Shown here in pieces: positions 26,761 to 32,000 of a DNA stretch of 32,000 nucleotides. The notes under the pieces were generated by a model, which was given only the letters and a program-made list of their open reading frames with translations, did no database searches and was not told the origin of the DNA. Position 1 is the first letter of the stretch; each line of letters begins with the position of its first letter. Location of the stretch: contig DXJG01000010.1 in the NCBI GenBank assembly GCA_019056805.1, forward strand, positions 30,001 through 62,000, in the 5' to 3' direction. The DNA comes from Candidatus Baldrarchaeota archaeon (lineage in GTDB: Archaea; Asgardarchaeota; Baldrarchaeia; Baldrarchaeales; DXJG01). The translations under genes and the position numbers were made by a program.

Positions 26761-27741
26761 TTAATACCCGATGTACATATCTTTATGGGTTTGAACGTAT
26801 TTTATGAAGTCTTTAACGATTTCTTCTATGGATGTGTATTTAAGTTTCCAGTTAATGTCTTCTATGTTTCTGTAAAGTTTTTCTTGCCCTGCTTTTACTA
26901 CAAGTGTTGTGAGTAATGTCCATATTTTTGCTACTCGTTCAGCTTCTTCATCTATTTCTATGTTGATTTTTGCGTTTGGAATGTATTTTTTCAACGTTTC
27001 TATAAGTTCTTTCATGGAAATGGGTACGCCTCCAACGATGTAAATTCTTTTCTTAACTCTCTTTGCTTTCCACAGGGATATGAGGAAGTTGACTGCATCT
27101 TTGATATAAAGTATAGGTAACATCGTGTTTTGTGGAATGTCAATTGTAGCCGTTTCATTTAATGCTGCTTTTTCTATTAGGGTGGAGAAAGTTACTGTTG
27201 CTCCTTCACCTCTTCTTCCAGGTCCTATTACAACTGGGAATCTTGCACATCTAAAGTCTATGCCGTGTTTGTAGTGATAGAACATTCCAATTATTTCACC
27301 GAAGACTTTTGTGACACCGTAAAATGATGTTGGATCTCTGTAACTGTTTTCTTTTATAGGGAAGCCAGATTTTGGACCGTAAACAGACAAACTGCTGGTG
27401 AAAATAATCTTTTTCACACCTAGTATTCTTGAGGCTTCAAAAACATTAAATGTTCCTTCGATATTTGTTTTAAATGCTGTTGCATGGCTTTTTTCCGCTT
27501 TAACTGAAAGTTCAGCAGCTGTATGAAAAACATCCTCTATATCGTGTTTACTTATTACTTCCACTACTTCATTCCATAGGTTAACGTCGCCCTCTACAAT
27601 TTTAACACTATTTAGTATATCTTTAATTCTGTTATAGTTGATGTATTTGTCAAATAAAATGATGTCATGGCCTTCTTTGATAAGATTTCTAGCTAAATGT
27701 GAACCGATAAACCCGGTACCTCCGGTTAAAAGAATTGCCAT
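26761..27741 (-). CDS. extended SDR, NAD-dependent epimerase/dehydratase (L-threonine dehydrogenase-like)
   Basis: TGGTGFIG, HTAAELS..AE, SSLSVYG, YGVTK. Confidence 0.9.
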   Translation of the reverse strand: MAILLTGGTGFIGSHLARNLIKEGHDIILFDKYINYNRIKDILNSVKIVEGDVNLWNEVVEVISKHDIEDVFHTAAELSVKAEKSHATAFKTNIEGTFNVFEASRILGVKKIIFTSSLSVYGPKSGFPIKENSYRDPTSFYGVTKVFGEIIGMFYHYKHGIDFRCARFPVVIGPGRRGEGATVTFSTLIEKAALNETATIDIPQNTMLPILYIKDAVNFLISLWKAKRVKKRIYIVGGVPISMKELIETLKKYIPNAKINIEIDEEAERVAKIWTLLTTLVVKAGQEKLYRNIEDINWKLKYTSIEEIVKDFIKYVQTHKDMYIGY

Positions 27742-27902
27742 TTTGTACCCCTCTTAAATAATGTCAAATCTTTGATGTTACCATTTTATTATCTTTTCCT
27801 AAATTTTACTTATGTAATGTTTATTCTTTTTAACATGCTAAGAAATTTTAAATATTTTATTTTCCATATGAAAAGGCAAAGGTACGGAAGTAGGGGAGTT
27901 AC

Positions 27903-29153
27903 ATGGCGGAGGATGTAACTGAAACTTATACTTTTAGAGAGAAGGCAATAGTGTTGCTTGCAGTGTCACTTGGATGGGCTCATGATGCTATAGGCCTTAC
28001 GATAATCAATTTTCTAGCAGTGCCGATAATGGAAGAATTTAATGTAGGGAAGGTTGAGATGGGTTTCATATTTTCTGGTCAATATATAGCGACGGTCTTT
28101 GGCGCTATACTGTTTGGTGAACTTGCTGATAGATTTGGGAGAAAACGTGCATTAATCATTTCTATTCTTTGGGATTCTATATTGACAGCGGCGTCTGCAT
28201 TTGCACCTAACTATTGGACATTGGCGGCATTGAGAATTATTTCGGGTATGGGAGTTTCGTGGGGTATAGCATTTGCTCTTTTAAGCGAGATTTATTCTCC
28301 CAAGCGTAGAGGATTGTTTGGAGGGATTGTTCATGCAACGTTTTGCTTCGGGTACATTGGATCAGCGTTAACTGTTACTTTGCTGTATCCAATTTACGGT
28401 TGGCGCCCCTGCTTTTTCATTGCACTGTTTCCAATACCGATTTTAGTGCTTTTGGAATTTGCTCTCCCTGAGTCGAAACTTTGGGAAAGGTATAAGGAAA
28501 TAGAGGAAGAAGTTGAAGCTTTAAAGACAAAAGTTCGTATAGGTGAGCTCCTTAAAAGTGCATATTTTAAATTAACGTTGCTATGTACATTTCTTTTCTG
28601 GACAGCGGAGTTCGCTTATCATGCGGTGGTGGATTGGGCACCTACATTTCTAAGCGAGGAATGGGGATTTGCTGTTGAAGAAGCAAGTTCCCTAGTTTTG
28701 TTAGTTGCTCTTGAAGCTGTTATTATCCTTCCTTTGATCGGTTTAATTAGTGATTTTATTGGACGGAGAAGGTCTTTTGCAGCGTCGGCTTTTATGGGAT
28801 TGATTGGCACAATTTTACTTGGCTACTTTACGTTGATGATACGTGTTAAAGGACTTGCAATATTGTCGCTTTTTATAATAGCGATGGGATTTGGTTCTCA
28901 TGCTTTGTTTGGGGTTTGGTCTAGTGAAATTTTTCCAACGAAGGTAAGGGCTACGGCTACTTCTTTCATATTTAGTGTTGCAAGAGGATTATCTCTCGGA
29001 GGGCTGATAGTAGGTTATCTTGCTACGATAGTAGGTTTAACAGCTGCGATGCTTTTAGCGGCTCCCGGTTTCCTTTTGATGATTATACTTCCGATGTTTC
29101 TACCAGAAACTAAGGGTAAAGTTTTAAAAGCTGTGGAAGAACCGGTGGTGTGA
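27903..29153 (+). CDS. MFS transporter
   Basis: Motif A GELADRFGRKR, second copy LISDFIGRRR, ESK and PETKG loop motifs; about 12 TM. Confidence 0.95.
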   Translation: MAEDVTETYTFREKAIVLLAVSLGWAHDAIGLTIINFLAVPIMEEFNVGKVEMGFIFSGQYIATVFGAILFGELADRFGRKRALIISILWDSILTAASAFAPNYWTLAALRIISGMGVSWGIAFALLSEIYSPKRRGLFGGIVHATFCFGYIGSALTVTLLYPIYGWRPCFFIALFPIPILVLLEFALPESKLWERYKEIEEEVEALKTKVRIGELLKSAYFKLTLLCTFLFWTAEFAYHAVVDWAPTFLSEEWGFAVEEASSLVLLVALEAVIILPLIGLISDFIGRRRSFAASAFMGLIGTILLGYFTLMIRVKGLAILSLFIIAMGFGSHALFGVWSSEIFPTKVRATATSFIFSVARGLSLGGLIVGYLATIVGLTAAMLLAAPGFLLMIILPMFLPETKGKVLKAVEEPVV

Positions 29154-29154
29154 A

Positions 29155-30846
29155 ATGTCAGAAATTAATGGCGGGAAAATCGTTGCAAAGGTTCTAAAAG
29201 TGGAAGGCATCAAATGTGTTTTTACATTACCTAGCGGCGAAATATTGCCAATACTTGAGGAGCTTGTGGAAGAAGGTATTCAAGTTGTGACGACTAGACA
29301 TGAGCAGGCTGCTGGTAACGCTGCTGATGGTTGGGCTCGTGTTACAAGGTCTCCTGGAGTATGTGTGGTTCCTGCTGGCCCTGGTTTTGCAAATTTGATA
29401 CCAGCAATTATACAAGCCTTTTATGCAGGGAGTCCTGTGGTTGCAATTTCAGGTCATTCACCACATAAATATGTGGATATGGATGCCTTTGAGGAAATTG
29501 ATGGAGTAGAAATTGTTTCATCTGTTACGAAGTGGGCAAAACGATGTATGTTTACTGAAAGGATACATGAATATCTTCAGGAGGCTTTTAGGTATGCAGT
29601 TTCGGGGAAAATGGGACCTGTACTTTTAGAAGTTCCAAAAGATGTTCTTCAAGGGAAATGTAGCGTTGAAAGGATTAAAATCGTTCCTCCAGAGCGGTAT
29701 AGGTCGAAGGGAAGGGTGTATGGTGATCCAAAACTAGTTAAAAAGGCTGTAGATCTTCTAGTAGCTTCGGAAAAACCTCTTATTATTGCTGGCAGTGGAG
29801 TTTATTGGTCTGGCGCATGGCTGGAGTTAGTGAAGCTTGCGGAGCTACTTTCAATACCAGTTGCATGTGAGGGACTTGCAGTGGGCTGTATTCCCTATGA
29901 TCACCCCTTGTATGTTGGAAATGCTATTGGAAACCCATTTATGAGGAATGCGGATGTTCTGTTGGTTGTAGGCGCAAAATTTGATGAATTCCTGGGGTTT
30001 GGACGGGATCCATCTTTCTACTCTGATGATGTAAGGGTAATAAGGATAGATGTGGAGTTTTCTGAGATAGGTAAAAATCGTCCAGTAGATGTGGGTATAG
30101 TAGGCGATGCAAAAGCTGTTCTTTCACAAATGCTTAAAATCATCGGAGAAACAGCTTCCACGGTATCTGAGGAGAGAAATTGGGCGAAGAAGTTTAGATC
30201 TGCTTGGATCAGTCTTAGCGAAAGTTTTGATAAAGTAGCAGAGTCTTCGGAAAAGCCGATTAGACCTCAAAGATTAATGAAGGAAATAAGAGAGGTGGTT
30301 GATGAAGACACCATATGTATTTTGGATGGCGGAGATACGACTGTATGGGCTTATTTATATTTAAGGGCGTATAGACCGGGGCAGATAATAGGTTCACAGG
30401 GGCCTTTTGGACATTTGGGTGCTGGAATACCTATGGGGATAGCGGCGAAACTTGCTTACCCAGATAAGAAAGTTTTTGTTATTACTGGTGATGGAAGTTT
30501 TCTTTTCAATGGAAGTGAATTGGACACTGCTGTAAGATATAATGTTCCAATCGTAGTAATAGTGGTGAATGACTCTGCTTGGGGGATGGTTTATCATACA
30601 AGGTTTATCACATCAAAATCGAAAGAAAAAGCGGGACTTTTCACGTTGTTAAACGAAAGGGTAAGGTATGACAAATTTGCTGAAAGTTTAGGAGCATACG
30701 GGGAGCTGGTTACGGAGCCTGATGAAATAAAACCAGCAATTAAAAGAGCATTTGAATCTGATTTGCCAGCGGTAATTGATGTAAGGGTGTCTAGAGAGTT
30801 TCCGACGCCACTCAGTTATATACTCACCACGAAGAGGAAAATTTGA
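29155..30846 (+). CDS. thiamine-diphosphate enzyme (acetolactate synthase / 2-hydroxyacyl-CoA lyase-like)
   Basis: RHEQAA, GPGFAN, GPFGHLGAG, GDGSF...NDSAWG. Confidence 0.92.
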   Translation: MSEINGGKIVAKVLKVEGIKCVFTLPSGEILPILEELVEEGIQVVTTRHEQAAGNAADGWARVTRSPGVCVVPAGPGFANLIPAIIQAFYAGSPVVAISGHSPHKYVDMDAFEEIDGVEIVSSVTKWAKRCMFTERIHEYLQEAFRYAVSGKMGPVLLEVPKDVLQGKCSVERIKIVPPERYRSKGRVYGDPKLVKKAVDLLVASEKPLIIAGSGVYWSGAWLELVKLAELLSIPVACEGLAVGCIPYDHPLYVGNAIGNPFMRNADVLLVVGAKFDEFLGFGRDPSFYSDDVRVIRIDVEFSEIGKNRPVDVGIVGDAKAVLSQMLKIIGETASTVSEERNWAKKFRSAWISLSESFDKVAESSEKPIRPQRLMKEIREVVDEDTICILDGGDTTVWAYLYLRAYRPGQIIGSQGPFGHLGAGIPMGIAAKLAYPDKKVFVITGDGSFLFNGSELDTAVRYNVPIVVIVVNDSAWGMVYHTRFITSKSKEKAGLFTLLNERVRYDKFAESLGAYGELVTEPDEIKPAIKRAFESDLPAVIDVRVSREFPTPLSYILTTKRKI

Positions 30847-31002
30847 AATGTCATTTTTTATAATAATATCTCTCCTTTTTTAACAGACCTGTGTATTAAA
30901 AGAGTTGTCTACTAAATGTTTATCAGCTAGTTTCAAATATAATCATCACAATATTCATAGCCTTTCAATTAAATCTCAGTGGTAACATGAGGGGAATTTA
31001 AA

Positions 31003-32000
31003 ATGAGTTATGGATATGTTGGTAAAATTTTGAGAGTAAACTTGTCAATAGGAAGTATAGATGTTGAGAAGTTTGATGAAAATTTTTATAGAAAGTATCT
31101 GGGTGGTAGAGCTCTAGCTTTGTATTTCTTGCTTAAAGAATTGAAACCAGGCGTCAACCCTTTTTCTCCCGAAAATAAATTGATATTTGCTACAGGTGTT
31201 GCTACTGGAATACCATTACCAGGTATGAATAGATATGCAGCGGTGTCTAAATCCCCTTTAACAAATACGTTTGGTGAATCTTATGCTGGAGGTTTTTTCG
31301 GGCCAGAGCTTAAATTTGCTGGATTTGACGCTATTATCATAGAGGGGAAAGCCGAAAAACCAGTATATTTATGGATTCATAACGGAGAGATTGAGATAAG
31401 GAAAGCAACGCATATTTGGGGTATGAAAATCAAAGAGACCACCGAAACTATACGTAGAGAAGTTAAAAATCCTAAGGCAAGAGTTGCTGCAATAGGTCCT
31501 GCTGGAGAAAAGTTAGTGCGTTTTGCAAGTATATTGCACGATATGAAATATGCAAATGGTAGATGTGGGTTAGGTGCCGTGATGGGATCTAAAAATCTAA
31601 AAGCCATCGCTGTGGTGGGTAGTCATAAGTTAAGATTTGCAGATAAAGAGAAGATCGTTAAGTTGGCAAAGTGGGCGTCTAAAGCAATAAAAGATATGCC
31701 TGGACCACATTCCAGGTGGATGTATGGCACTGGTGCTGTTTTATTACCGTTAAATGAGCTCGGACTTTTACCAACAAGAAATTTTCTTGATGGTGAATTT
31801 GAACATGCTGAAGATATATCGGGGGAAAGAATGGCAGAAACTATTCTTTTAGGTAGAAAAGGGTGTTATAGTTGTGGAATTATGTGTAAACGAATTGTAA
31901 AAGGAAAATATCCTTATGAAACTGACCCAGACTATGGAGGCCCTGAATATGAAACTTTAGCGGCTTTTGGTTCCTTGTGTGGAGTTGGTGATTTAAATGC
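31003..32000 (+). CDS. aor: tungsten/molybdenum aldehyde:ferredoxin oxidoreductase, 3'-partial
   Basis: MSYGYVGKILRVNLS, YLGGR, KSPLT, LKFAGFDAIIIEGKA, IGPAGE, GRCGLGAVMGSKNLKAI. The frame is open to the window edge, so it is absent from the ORF track. Confidence 0.95.
   Translation, partial: MSYGYVGKILRVNLSIGSIDVEKFDENFYRKYLGGRALALYFLLKELKPGVNPFSPENKLIFATGVATGIPLPGMNRYAAVSKSPLTNTFGESYAGGFFGPELKFAGFDAIIIEGKAEKPVYLWIHNGEIEIRKATHIWGMKIKETTETIRREVKNPKARVAAIGPAGEKLVRFASILHDMKYANGRCGLGAVMGSKNLKAIAVVGSHKLRFADKEKIVKLAKWASKAIKDMPGPHSRWMYGTGAVLLPLNELGLLPTRNFLDGEFEHAEDISGERMAETILLGRKGCYSCGIMCKRIVKGKYPYETDPDYGGPEYETLAAFGSLCGVGDLN

Noticed and set aside
1-32000. CRISPR array, cas genes, rRNA, transposases
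   Set aside because: No regularly spaced 25-40 bp repeats, rRNA-like GC-rich blocks, or DDE/HUH/tyrosine-recombinase motifs seen by eye.

Overview
AT-rich archaeal DNA (GGTGA-type ribosome-binding sites, archaeal TA families, AOR; the gene content suggests a TACK lineage such as Bathyarchaeia, which is inference only). It has three parts. (1) 1-3467: a 5'-partial Mre11/SbcD nuclease and a Rad50/SbcC-family ATPase of the YhaN/SbcE type. The ATPase has no cysteine at all and carries a hydrophobic, probably membrane-spanning segment where the zinc hook would be. (2) About 3.6-25.5 kb: an accessory/defence zone with eight toxin-antitoxin loci, an ABC-ATPase + TOPRIM-like pair, small membrane/zinc-ribbon proteins and many pseudogene fragments. 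Three fragments are cut at the same GCGCGCGC octamer. (3) 25.8-32 kb: a divergent catabolic cluster (3-hydroxyacyl-CoA dehydrogenase and SDR on the minus strand; MFS, TPP enzyme and a 3'-partial aldehyde:ferredoxin oxidoreductase on the plus strand). A strong strand compositional skew, independent of gene orientation, flips from C-rich to G-rich at about 13.2-13.3 kb. I found no rRNA, tRNA, CRISPR array, transposase or integrase. All family calls come from motif recognition by eye; no database searches were run.
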